Below are positions 39,173 through 52,433 of a DNA stretch of 64,000 bases, piece after piece (the stretch's first letter is position 1; each line of letters starts with the position of its first letter). The stretch is from Thalia democratica (lineage: Eukaryota). The stretch spans positions 24,490,001 to 24,554,000 of the forward strand of contig OZ241829.1 of the NCBI GenBank assembly GCA_965202585.1. The letters are read 5' to 3'. Position numbers and translations under genes: made by a program. The notes under the pieces were generated by a model, which did no database searches, had not been told where the DNA came from, and was given only the letters and a program-made list of their open reading frames with translations.

Positions 39173-42105
39173 AAGTTTAATACGAAACAGGATTAAAAAT
39201 AAAAAGTTCAGTAAAGGTTTGTACTATTATTCATAATTACTTAATTTTTATTGGTTTTATTTAAGTAGGAAGTTATTGAGTGAAAAATACTTTTTATATG
39301 TGTCAACCACAGGGTTTATATTTGCCAAGTTTAACTCAAAGAGTTACTCAGATAAAAGACTGTTCACAAAAAATCATCAAAGTCTGAAACAAAGAGTAAT
39401 ACTTTTTTGTTTTTTACTGTTTTTTTTTTGTTGTCTTTAAAGACTTTTTCCTAAGATTTGTTCAAAGACATTAAATATTGACAAATTAAGTCAAAATTTA
39501 AACTTTACACTACATTTTAAGTATAAATTAAAAGTTATATATTAAGCATTGTACCTCACGATTATAAATTTAAATAGCATATTTTTTTTAACTCTCTTTA
39601 GTATTTATGTTTAAATTTGTTATTATATTTTGAAATGTTATTTAGATAGATACTGATGTTATTTACTATGTTTAAAAACCGCCTTAGATGTCAATTTCCC
39701 AAATGCGAAACTTCTTTATTATATTAAGCAGTGCAGTAGTGTTTTTCTTAGATAGATAATAAATCACAAACGATTTTAAAACTAAAGTTTAAACTAAACG
39801 TATTAAAACGATACTATAATATAAACACTATATACAATAGAATCAAAAAATTTATAATCTACTCTGAAAAAACTTCACTTAAATTTTAAATACAAATTCA
39901 AATCATAAACTATTTTCTGTTAAAAAACCTTAGTTTTATTTTAAAATGCTCAAAAACGTACTTTTTATAAGCACTAGAGTATGTAAATTTCAAAAAGTTA
40001 TAAGTTTACTGAATAAAAAAAAATTTCGTTACTTTATTCACAGTAGTTTTAAATTTTTTTTAACTTTTTCACTCTAACAAACTTAGCTTTCTCTAAGTTT
40101 ATAGATTTTAAGAACTTGTAGATATTTTTTTTAAGTTAATAATTGTTTAGCTTAATTCGATTTTTTTGCTGATATTTTTAAGTTTCTTACTCTTATTTTC
40201 AATAAAAATGTAGTTTTGTAACATTTTTACCCCTAGAATTTTTTGTTGTGTTTTAGGTGTACTTTTTTTCCAATTTAATGCAATTTATCATTTCTAGATT
40301 CGACTTAGACAAAAATAAGTTTATACTTCTCTTCTGTTTTAAAAATTTTGAAATATTTTTTTTTATTTAAGTTTCAATTAAGCACTAAGTTTTAGTTAAT
40401 AATGTGTAATTTTAAATAAATACGTCATATATCTTAGAAAAAAGTTTTTAGTTGTCGCACAACAGTATAAAAACCGAATGTTTCTTTTATTTAAATATCT
40501 TATTGTTGACGAAATTTTTGAAAAAGCTGCATAGTTTTTATTTATACTGTTACTTGAGTACTTTTAATTTGTTTCATTTCCAATGATGATTACTTCCTAG
40601 CTATTAGGTTTTCTCTTCGTGTTTAACTGCTTAAGTATGGGCAATAACTAGGTTTAAGTCTACATTTTAAACAAAGCTTGTTAGTCAAAAGTAGTACAGT
40701 TATTTCTTAAAAATTAAGTGATAATAAGTTTGAAATTGTTTAACTTTATTACTGTTATTTATAATATACAAATGAAGTTGTGGTGCTAAAAATGGGCGGG
40801 TTAAGTTTGGGGACAAAATGATTCATAATCAGTTTCCTATATATACGCTTGAGTTAATTTCTGTTTTTTTTTCTTGGATATCAACAATAACTTTTAATCA
40901 TTTTTACTCTAAAATGCTAATAATCATTGTTTTAATTTTTTTATCAAAAGGTTACAAAATTTACCTAGGCGTGTCGTTTAAGATTTATGTGTGTGTTTAT
41001 CATACAACCGTAAAAACTAAAGTACTCCTTCTTTTTGAATGTGGAATCTTCAAAACAAACATACATGTAACTTAAATGTTAAAGTTTAGTTGATCATATT
41101 AACACATATTTTTATACAATTACATTAATGCTACTAAATATTGATAAAAATACCTAGTTGAAGCTTAAATTGTTTGATAAATGTCTATTAAAAAAGATTG
41201 GTTTATCAACAACATAAAGAACAGGAAACCTTGGGAAAGCCTAAACTCTACGAAGTATTTTGCAATAAGTTAATTTTTCGTGCAAACAAAAAATAACAAC
41301 GTTATGTAATTTCGATTTTTTTTTGTGGAAATTTAATTTACACGTAAAATATTTTCTGACAGTATCCAACATAAAAATTAACAAAAAGTTCATACATTGC
41401 AAAAAAAACCTTACAGTTTAGATAGTATTTAACAAATCGTTAACTTCTAACTTAATATAAAAACTCTAACTTTTTTTTTCAATCCTGATTATAAAACCAA
41501 ACTGTTCTTCCGAGAACCTACAATAACTATGTGTATTATCAAAACTTTAACTTATTTTTTTTCAAAACTATACGTATGCCTACTGCTTTGCCTACTAGTT
41601 GGCCGACTGCTTGGCATACTACTTGTTGTACTATTAGGCCAGTATGTTTTTAAAACAATTAAGGACTTTCTTAAAAAACCTGTAGAATGAAGTAAAAGGG
41701 GTTTATATTAGACTGCATTTCTGACTATTTTGAATTTCTGTATAAAAACTACTCAGCTTAACACAAAATAAGAAATCTAAAATTTGTCAGACAAGTAAAC
41801 AAGACAAAAAATTGAAAAATTATGTTGAAATTATTTAGTGAATGTCTAAAAGTAACAAATAACAATTACTAAGTGTATTTTTACTACTTATAACGACCTG
41901 ATAACCAACTGTAACGTGGAAGAGTTTGAATAAAAAGGTCAAATACTTGCTTTTGTTACTAACCGAAAGAATGAAAGAGATGTTTGATCTCACCTGTCAG
42001 CAAGATTATGAAGTCTAAAACTATTTATTAACAGTTACCTGCAATATAAGGGTATCTACAACTAACATGAAACAGTTGTCTTCTACATTAAGAATCTATA
42101 ACTTA

Positions 42106-42310
42106 TAGATTGCAACAACACAACTACCACACCACAGTAGATAGCAACAATACAACTATCACATCACAGTAGATTAAAATGATACAACTATCACAGTAGA
42201 TTGTAATGATGCAACTATCACATCACAGTAGACCACAGATATACAGCTATCACATCACAGTAGATTGCAACAATACAACTATCACATCACAGTAGATTGC
42301 AACAATACAA
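42106..42310 (+). repeat. 32-bp tandem array (~6 units)
   Basis: Unit caactatcacatcacagtagattgcaacaata. Confidence 0.92.
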
Positions 42311-42488
42311 ATACGTAGATAAGGTTATTGGAAAATGCCACTTAGAACGATGGCTTTCAAATGTTTAATTCAAGTTGACTAAGATACTAAAAAAAACATT
42401 TCAGTAAACGTAAGACAACTCTAAAAAGTGCTAAGTCTTTTAAAGACTTGCTCAAAGGTTGACTTCTTAAATAATTAAACATCATAAA

Positions 42489-42568
42489 TGTGATAATTGT
42501 AGTTTCTTAGTGTTGCAGACAACTGTGATGTGATTGTTGTAGACTACATAGTGTTGCAGACAACTGTT
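42489..42568 (-). repeat. Variant units of the 32-bp repeat (~41-bp period)
   Basis: tgttgcagacaactgt at 42511 and 42552, in the same orientation as the right-hand array. Confidence 0.65.
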
Positions 42569-42930
42569 ATAAATATTTGTAGACGAATAGTTAGTCTACA
42601 AGTAAGTTCTAAAAATTTTCAAGGTTTAGGTTATGATTATACCGATTGTTGTAAAATGCTTATACTACATGAAAAAAAAATCATTTTTTTTTAGAATAGT
42701 TCAGAAATTTAAAGTAATTAGTATTAATTTAAGTTAAAGGTTTTTTGATGTATTAAAATGCCATGATTAATCAAACACTAATTTAACTGTTCGGTTTTTC
42801 TTTTTGCACTAAAAATTTATTTTAAATTTTATTTTGGAGGTTGTAAGAATATTTGTTAAGTTTTAATCAATGCTACGTAGTACGTTTTTTATAAAATTGC
42901 TTCTAAAGTTTATTTAAATTATAAAACATT

Positions 42931-43245
42931 TGTGATGTGATAGTTGTAGTGTTGCGATCTACTGTGATGTGATAGTTGTACCGTTGCGATCTACTGTGAT
43001 GTGATAGTTGTATCATTGCGGTTTACTGTGATGTGATAGTTGTAGTGTTGCAATCTACTGTGATGTGATAGTTGTATCGTTGCGATCTACTGTGATGTGG
43101 TAGTTGTACCGTTGCGATCTACTGTGATGTGGTAGTTGTACCGTTGCGATCTACTGTGAGGTGATAGTTGTATCGTTGCGATCTACTGTGATGTGACAGT
43201 TGTCTTGTTGCGATCTACTGTGAAGTAATAGTTGTATTGTTGAGG
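42931..43245 (-). repeat. 32-bp tandem array (~10 units), inverted relative to 42106-42310
   Basis: Unit tgtgatgtgatagttgtaccgttgcgatctac, starting at 42931, 42963, 42995 and onward. Confidence 0.93.
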
Positions 43246-45429
43246 TCTTATTTTGAAACTTTTGAAACTTACACTAGATACTATGGAGTTCATGGTAAAA
43301 GCAAAAACAAAATTTTTAGGCATATTTAACGGTGTTTTTCTGTGAAATCTTCTCAGAGGGGGCCATAGAATTTTTTATGTCTTTAAAGGGAGCCTTTTGA
43401 AAAACGTTTGGAAAACCCTTTGTTATACTAAAATTGAAAATCTGAAACTTTTTCTTTAGCCTCAATATTATAAATTTAAATAAATAAATTAATAGTTAGA
43501 AAATAAAATAAGCATAGAAAAAATGTTAGCTAACTTGCTTATAAAACTCAATTTTTTTCACTTTTGTTTTAATTTACTTTTAATTTCAGTTACAACTGTA
43601 CCAATTTGGCATTTTAAAACATGCTTTAAGCTTGTAATAAATAAAGATTTTAGATAACAACTAGCTTGAATATATATAAAATAGCTTTAAATTTATTTTC
43701 AATGATAATCTAGTGTTTAATTTTCTAAAAATCTTCTTTTTAACAATAGCAAAAAAATATAAACAATTTTAATCGCATACCTAATCAGAATTGTTATGCT
43801 TTAAAGTTTAATCTTTTTTATTTATCGTAAAACAAGAATTTTTGAATGACACAATTTAAAATTTATTACTGAGTACTTCGCAAACCGTAAGCAAACAAAT
43901 AAAACGTTGAGTTTGTAAATTTAAAAATTACAAAATAGTTTGAATCTTTTTTAAATATAAAATTACTTTTTGTGTTTTATGTGAAAAATTTTTTCATTAA
44001 ATTCATTTAAAGGTAATGAATGTCTCAAAAAGACCACGTTAATATGCTATCATCTCTAGAAAACGAATCTTAAAAAGTTATATATTATCATTCTGTATAA
44101 ATTTTACATAGTTTTGTCTTAATTAACAAACTTTTATATAACAATCCAGTAAAATAATACTAAACAAGTTTACTGAACTCAAACTTTATTAAAAATAATA
44201 AATAAAATTACTTTTTAATAAAGTATTTTATATTTAAACTCAAAGCTTATATTTATAAAACAGTATTTTACATTAAGTTAGGTGGTTTAATTTTAATTAA
44301 CTTTTTTTCTGTTTAACCCGTTAAGTAAAGCTTAAGTTCAATTTTTTTTTCTTTTTTTTTTGCTAAAGTTTTTTTCGGAAATAATAACAAAACGTGGTAT
44401 TTTAACAAGTGTTAAACAGATAAGGTAAATAATTTGTTCAGTTATGTAGTAAAATTTTCATTTGATTTCGAAACTAAAACTTTAAATGCTTTAAACAGCC
44501 AGTCTTCTTGTTAAACAAAAAATAATATATCTAAAGGTTTCTGTTTGCGCTAACTTTCATAAAACTATTTTTAACTTTAGACTAATTTTGTTCCTTCTTT
44601 TACTTTTAAGTAAACTACCACATTATTTTTAAAACACTTAAATAAAAATTAAAGCGTTTTTGGTACAAGTTTAATGTACAATAATAAAAAAGTACTACAA
44701 ACAAAACGTACAGATTTTTTTTATTAAATATGAACTTTTCAAATTTTTGAAAATACGAACATGCGTTTTCAAACTTTACTTTAAATACAATTTTATAATA
44801 TAATTAGAGGTGTGACTGTTTAAATAATATGTTTTTTGTGCAAATGTAAGCATGATTACGATTCAAATTTTTGTCGTTTAATTCTTAAGTATCCGTAATT
44901 TTGGGAGCGGGGAACGTTGCTGTTACTTTTAAAACACATTCTAAACTGTTGAAGTCTTTTTTTTGGTAACTTTGATCTTACATGTTTTGGTTTAATCTTA
45001 TATGACTTGAAGTTGTGGTTTATAAGTTTTCCTCCCATATTTGTAAATCCTTAACAATTTTCTATAATATGATTGTTCTAATCCAGCTTTTTCGAAATCA
45101 AAAAAATAGCTACTAATCGTCAATGCTAATATAAGTTGTATAAGGGGATCTTAAATTGGTTATAAAGGGTTTCTTAAATGTTAGATTACAAAAAGTTATC
45201 GTGTACTAAACATATCTTACGTACACTATACTCTAGAATCATACCGTGCCAACTGTAATGATGCTAATAAAACACTGCATGATTACGATAAGTAACTTAC
45301 TTAATGCAAAGCAACTGTGAACTGTGAAAGCATGTTTATTGAACTAAGTAGCGATGATAAAAAAACTTAAGGCATATACAAAAACTAAGAATATAATAAA
45401 TACAGAAAAACTAATCAATATATATCAGT

Positions 45430-46240
45430 TCAGAGGTGAAATCGACAAATAGACAGGCGGGCACTTCTGCTAATTTCTTCTTTCTGATGGTCGAACACCG
45501 TAAACTCATACCGCCCTTCAGACAAAGTACGGACTAATACAACCTTACCGCCAATGCAACAGACACCGTCCTCTATGTTGCGAATCCTGCGTTCACCAAG
45601 CCTGTGGTTGATCAGACATGCGGCTTACACAATCAAAAACTTCCCAGGTGTAGTCGGAAGATCCACCGATCGCAAACAACCTTTTGCCAAGACCCGCGAT
45701 GTTGTGAACAATTCTTCTTGTTGTGAACGATTCTTCTCGACGTCCAACTATTCTTCTCGTGGTCATAAACCTCGACAGATTTCAATTTTAAATTTCGTTT
45801 TAAACCACCGGAGATTGTGATTTTACCTTCATAGACCGTGCTTGCTGCGAAATACCTCTCCGCCTTCATACTCGTTACTTGACTCCATTTGTTAAGCTCG
45901 AAGTCGTATTTCACGCAAGAGTTTACAGGGTAAGTATTGTCGGTTATTCCGCCTAGAACATTCAGCTCGCTCTTGAAGGCACAAACGCTGAAGTAACGCC
46001 GCTTATCTGGAAATGAGTCGCAAAACTCAGAAAAGCTGCTGGGAAGCAAGTTCACTGACGTCAAGTAATCACCCATGCTAGATTTTGAAACCACGTAACT
46101 GGTTGAACTATCCTGGGAACTTTCAGTCGAAGCTTCTTTTGTCAGCTTGAAGAAACCCACTTTGCGAAGCCCGCCGTCGTGCTCTAAAGTGTTGATTATG
46201 AAATGACGGAATCAACTCCTTCCTTGTTACACTTTCCTCC
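45430..46240 (-). pseudogene. Intronless Kelch-repeat pseudogene fragment
   Basis: Kelch GG/Y/W motifs: ELNVLGG..SCVKYDFELNKWSQVTSM..RYFAASTVYEGKITISGG..SVEVYDHEKNSW, then in other frames RLFAIGGSSDYTWEVFDCVSR and VCCIGGKV. About four frameshifts, one from a 19-bp tandem duplication (45701-45719 / 45720-45738). Confidence 0.85.
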
Positions 46241-49200
46241 AGGTGAATTTTTATGCGATGTAGAATGCTGGTCACTAGTCATTTTAACTTTTGCTGAAAA
46301 ATTAAAAACAGATTTCCACTTAATTTTAGCGTATGAATTTAACAGCTACAAAGTTACAACTTTTTTAATCTTTATATACGAGATAAAAACTATATAAAAA
46401 ATATCAAGCATGACTTAAACGAGTAAATTTAAAAATTTGGATTTTTCAAGTTTTAATTAATAACAACTCATTAAGTTTAAGGCTACATTAAAATATTATC
46501 ATTTTTATGTTCTTACTTGTAACGAATAATATACTATACAATATACTAATCTTGCCTATGAAACGTCTCTTGTGAGTAAATCAAAAACTAAAATATGCTG
46601 TTAAGATGACTTAATATGTTTCATTTATACAATAAATTATCTATTACAAAAGTTTCACATTAATAAAGAAAAAATTAATTAGGTTTGTGCTTTCAGAGTA
46701 ATTTTAGTTTTTAAAATTTTAAAGAATTGGTGTAAGGCTTGTTTAGTAATTTGCTGCAATGTGCTACAAATTTATTTTCCATTATTAATGTACATAGTAA
46801 TAGTTTGTAATCTATTGTTTGTTTACTCTTACTCAGAATACTTATTAAATTTCGAGTAATATATTGTACATATTTCTTACACCTTTCAGGTTATTAAAAT
46901 AAAATAACTTTTTGATTTCCTACACTTAAATACTAAGGTAGTTGTAAACAATAAAGCAGTGTGAGTTAATAAACTAAAAAAAATTGATTTCAATTAGCCA
47001 TAATGGTAATTTACTTATCTTACAAGTATAACCTTCTGAAGACAAAATTTACTGTAAGTCTTTAAAAATCAAAACTGTTTTTTTTGGTTTTAGTTGAGTA
47101 TTTTTTAGGGAAAACGTTCATTCGAAAAAACATTTAATTTAGTATTTAGATTTTGTGTTTTAATTATTAATACATTGTTTTGTTGTAAAGTGTTTCTTTT
47201 AAGTAAAATATCAAAGTTAAAATATATGAACACATTTCGACAAGCTATTGTTTGAATAAATTTTAAATATTTAAATCAATTTTATCGATTCTTTAATAAA
47301 ATAAATTTCAGTTTTTGTTTGTTAGCAAACAAAAATTTTATTTGTTATTTAAACTGTTTTAAATTAAGTTATAATTTTAAATTTTTCTAAAAAGTCGTGC
47401 TTGTAGACATGCAAAAGCCAGTAAAAAATCCTTAATGTTTCAGAATTGAAAACTTTCTTTTTGATAAAAACTAAGTATAAAAGATGTTGTAACTGAATAA
47501 ATATTGTAATAACTAACTAAAACCTATGATTTATATAAAAAGTATACACAAATAATCACATTAGTAATAAAACAACTAGAAATCTAAGTGTTTTGGTATC
47601 AAAGTACTTATGCTAGTTCTAAACTTAGAAAACTTGAACTGTATACTAACAAAAAATGCAGAAGTTTTACAAAAATTCAACTTAATTAAATTAAGCTGTA
47701 ACAACTACCCTTATGAGGTGTAGCTGTGCAGTGAAACTTTGTTGCATAAAATATATAAAAAAACATTATGAATTAAAATATATCTGTATGAATATATCTG
47801 TTACGAAAAACTACCTAGTAAAGGTTTTAAAATGCATTCTTTATATATTTATCTTGCAAATATACTTTTTAAAGGTATCTAAAAGCGAGTTTAACAAAGT
47901 ATGCTAATAACTATAAAAATAACCTGGTTCAGAAAAAAAAATTGTGTTTAAAAATAGTTAAGTTTAAATAACCTCAATTAATTTTTAAAATTTGTAATCG
48001 TATTGTAGCTATGTTTTTAGATTTATTAATTTAACAGTATAGCTTATACTCTAAAGTTTATTCGTTAAGTCATAACAATCAAATACAAAAATTTGTACTA
48101 ATATTTGAAACTTTTACCCACTATTTAACTACTCAGCAGAAATATTAGCATTTAAACTTAAGCTTTTGGTCAGTATAAAACTTTTTGAACAACTTGAAGG
48201 TATTAATAATTATCATATAGGTTAAAGTATTGCCTGAGCTTAAAACTTCAATCACTTTAGCTAAATTATTATTTTGAAACAGTCTTAGTTACTTAAAAAA
48301 CTCCTATCAAAATTAACAGCAATGTATTAAATCTTAAATTTTTTTATTAAAAGTCATTTAAAAATATATTTTACTTAGTAGGACATAATGAATTATATAA
48401 TTCTTTTAGCTTTATAAATACATAAAATACTTTATGTATTTTGTTTCAAATACGAAAGTTAAAAGTACGATTTCTACTTACTTTCAATAATTTTGTCTTT
48501 TAGGTTTGTTAAAGCAATTTTTATCGTGTTTTTAAAAGTTTCTAAATGTAATTTGTTTTAAATTTTATACATAATTGTTTCCAGTAAATTCTAAAAAACT
48601 TCAAAAAAAGAATTAGCTCTTTATACTCAAATACCTGTGAATGGAACGTAAAAAGCAAAAGAAACATTGTAATTGTTTTATAGCGTCATTTTTTTTGCTG
48701 CGCTATGAAGGTTTTTATTCGTTGTCATTGAACTAAATTAGAGTGAAATCCTAAGTAGTAGTTTTCTTTTTATTTGTATAACTCCACAAGTAAATTTTGT
48801 TGACGCTTATATTTTGTGTTTGTTTTGTGAAAGTCTCTCATTTTTGATATAAAGCGGTTTTTCAGCCTGCAGTATATTCAATTAAAAGTTTTGAACATTT
48901 AACAGTTTAATTGAATAAAATCAAAATCAAACATTTTTTCTGTATGATCTTTGTCATTAATAGATATATAGTAGTTGTTAATGGTAGTTTATTTAAAATG
49001 TTTATTAAATAAAAATAAACTGACTGTTAGCTTCATTAGTCTAAAAAAAAAACAAAGCTGGTCTAAAATTATAACTTTAGTACAAAATATATATGATAAA
49101 TATATAACAAAACTGCATAAATAAGGTGTTGCTCTTAAAAGCATTAGATTATTTAATTATATTTAGAACTTTAACCTTCGTAGTTAAACTAATTGTGCTA

Positions 49201-50171
49201 GTTTTATCGATGATTCTAAAAATAAACTAAAACTTGAAATTTTTACACCATAGCCAGTTTAATTATATCTACAAATATTTATATATACTTTTCTTAAATT
49301 CAAACTCGTTAAAATTTAAATAAAACTGAAATTATTTTTGTTAAAAATCTATAAAACTAAAGTTTATAGATGTTTCAAGTAATTTAAGTAACATTTTATT
49401 ATTTTGAATTAGTAATAATACTTTTGTATAACAAATTAGTATTTGGGTTTTTAGTTTAGAATAATATAGATAAATACCTTGACAAAATTTTACGACTTTG
49501 TTTTCTTCGAAAACGAGTATAAAAGACTTCTAAAGTGTTTATGTTGTTTTAGGTTATCAACGAATGTCTTAAATAAATAAATCAAAAACTTATAAACTCC
49601 TTTTATCAAAAGAAATCTTATCATATTTTAAGGTAAACAAAATTCATAATAAATTCATTTTTCAAAGCAATAAAACATCGCCATTTGTTTTTCTTCCGCT
49701 CTTTTTTAAAGAAAGGCTACATAATTGGTTTAATTCGTTTGTTTTCAGTTATATTATAACTTATACAAGTAACATTTACAGTTTAAGATTAGTTTGTATT
49801 ATGGTTTGTACACAAAGTTTTAGTCATACTTATTTGTTTTGTTTTAGTATTATAAGCAATAAGCTAGTTGATATTTAACTTATTGAATAGTTTCTTGTTT
49901 TATTGAAAAAATTTAAGTTTCTAAAAAATGCAGTCTTACATCTTACTGCGCTATAATTTGATTCAAGATAAAATATTGATCAACAATATTACTGTTTGCT
50001 TTAACTTTATTGCTTTTGTGCTATCGTTATTTTAAAGTGTTTTTAATTTGAGAATAATCATTTTCTTATCTAACTTACTTTGGTGATATCTCTTATAAGA
50101 AATTAAAATTAAAACAACTATCGGCAGGTTTTATATAGTGACTGCATACTAACAAAACTTTAGCTAAAACC

Positions 50172-51774
50172 ATGTACAAAGAGTATTCAAGTGAGTTTTG
50201 GTGTAATTTTTCGTAAAAAGTATTTCTCATTTATTTATTTAGATCAGTAACGTGAAAAAATATCTAAAGGTTTGATTAAAAAGTTTGTAAAAAGTTTCAA
50301 TGTGTTTTTAGGAAATTTATAATGACTGTAAGCTTTTAGCTAAAGATGGATTTTATGAATCAACAAAAAAGTATTAATTTTTTTTTTCAAATGTTATTTA
50401 GTACTTAATAAACTAGGCTTTTTTTTAACGGTATTTGTTTAAAACTGTTAGTAAATGTTTTAAATTTTCTATCAATATTTATACAAAAAATCTGTAACTC
50501 GAATGTAAAACTTTTGTTTGATTTAACCAAACGTCGTAGTAAAATATTAAAACATAAGTTATACATATTTATACATACTTTATTTTCCCCTTATTTTAGA
50601 TTAAAAAAAAAATTAGGCATTTAAAATGTTCTAAATTGGTCATAGTTTTCATATGACATTGTAACTTGGTTTAATTTAAACAAAACGTTCTCAACTTAAG
50701 GAGATGAGCTAAATTTATTTTGACAACTTACTCTAATAGCTTTAACAAATTTCTGTTTTTAACCTGGGAAAAGTTAATTTTAGAACGACTTTGAGTTACT
50801 GTTTGAGTTTTGATTTATATTACTTATTAGTATAAAAACTTTGATGACTAAGCTGAAAGATGCTGATTTTTAGTTTTAATCCGTGAAAAGATAATATCGC
50901 GACGTTTTCGAATTACATAGGTTACTTTCAACAAATGCTGCTAAAATACTTTAAACATTACCAATTAATTCCAAACCCTGAAAAGCTTTAAAGCACAAAA
51001 TTCATCACCAAAATTCTCAACAGGGATATTCAAGGGATAAAATACTTTAAATTTTATCGATTAATTCTAAATCCTGAAATGCTTAATGGCACGACCACGT
51101 TTAAAAATTCAAAATTCTCAACACAATAATTTCAACAGGGATATTCAACGCGCTTAACGGCGCCGCGTCGCTCGCCGTGGAAGTGATGATGCTGACGTCA
51201 TCGGGGGGAATCCACGCCCCCATGTCCCTCATCTCGCTCGTCTTCTGCCTGGTGCTGTGCATGGTGTACGAGAGGGGACAGGTGGTAATGTTGAAAAATA
51301 ACTTTAAAAACAAGTGTTGATCAGTGTTTGATAAGCTAGGGTCTGGCGTTTGCTTCAAATTGCTAGTAAATTTAAAACACTCTGTTAACATTTTCGTACA
51401 AATTGTCTTCAATTCGAATGTTCGGGCAACTGTTGTTTGATTTAAGAGTAACATTCAAGTAGAATACTAAAGCAAAACTTTGTATGTATGTTTGTTTTTT
51501 TTAATTTCCTGTTTTATGATTTTAACAAAAATTGTTTGCAATTTAACATCAACAGGTGAAAGAAGACAGGAAGACTTGGATCTGGGTGTCCTTCGTCGGC
51601 TCCATCTTCTTCTGCGTCTCCCTCATCTTCGCCAGCATGCTCATCATCTTCGTGCTGGCAATCATAGACGCGTTGGGTAGCGTGGGTGGGGTGGCGGCGT
51701 TCCTGTCGCTTGCCAACGGGGTTTTGTACGGGGTCCGCGTCTTCCTGGAAGGACCCAACTTGCTGCATTCTTAA
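50172..51774 (+). CDS. Small four-TM MARVEL-like membrane protein, paralogue 1 (~126 aa)
   Basis: Exons 50172-50190, 51139-51281 and 51556-51774 (phases 1, 0): MYKEYSRIFNALNGAASLAVEVMML..MSLISLVFCLVLCMVYERGQVKEDRKTWIWVSFVGSIFFCVSLIF..VAAFLSLANGVLYGVRVFLEGPNLLHS. Four hydrophobic segments. The MARVEL/CMTM assignment rests on topology and resemblance to the terminal AA.F......LY motif. Confidence 0.75.
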
Positions 51775-52433
51775 TTTTTTTTCGTTTTTTTGTCTGTACA
51801 TAATGTCAACTAGACGTTTTTTTTTTATAATACAAGTTTTAAATTATTTTATTTTAATCTTGTTTGTACATACTGTCGATCGACTGTACATATTTTGAAT
51901 TTAAACTTTTCATAAAATAAAATTTTTAAATAAGTCTAGTTTTTCAAACAATTAAATGTTGTATTTATTCTAAAAATACGTTCGGTCTGGTTCGATTTGT
52001 TTATAACTTAAACAGAAATTGTTTTTAAGTCATAGTTTAGAACTGATTAAAGACAAAGTTTGTGATTGTTGTGGTGTAGAAAGGTCTTTAAACGTTATAA
52101 ATTTCTAATTATTATGTAAGTTACTAAATTTGTGATAAACAACTATTTTAGTCAGAAGTATTCCGTTTTATTAAACAGACTTAAATGATTAAGATACTCA
52201 GAAATAACTTAAGTTTTAGTTTTTGTTTTGTTTAGAATTTTTGTGTATTGTATAGAGAAAACAATAAAAACATGAAAAAATTAGTATCATACTTTTACTT
52301 AAAACTTTAGTATAACCGAAATTTTAAAAAGATTAATTTCAAAACGAACGATAAGAAAAATTGTTTAAAAAAGTCAACAATGTTTTTTGGTATATACAAT
52401 TAAAAAGCATGCAAAAAATTTACAAAATCACAA

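Noticed and set aside
42106-43245. 32-bp repeats as a CRISPR array
   Set aside because: Units are head-to-tail with no unique spacers, there are no cas genes, and the context is eukaryotic.
44856-45038. 60-aa basic ORF
   Set aside because: No motif, partner exons or compositional support.
51101-51898. ORFs 51101-51454, 51480-51680, 51514-51801, 51549-51758 and 51686-51898
   Set aside because: Shadows of paralogue 1 exons; only the 51556-51774 frame fits the spliced model.
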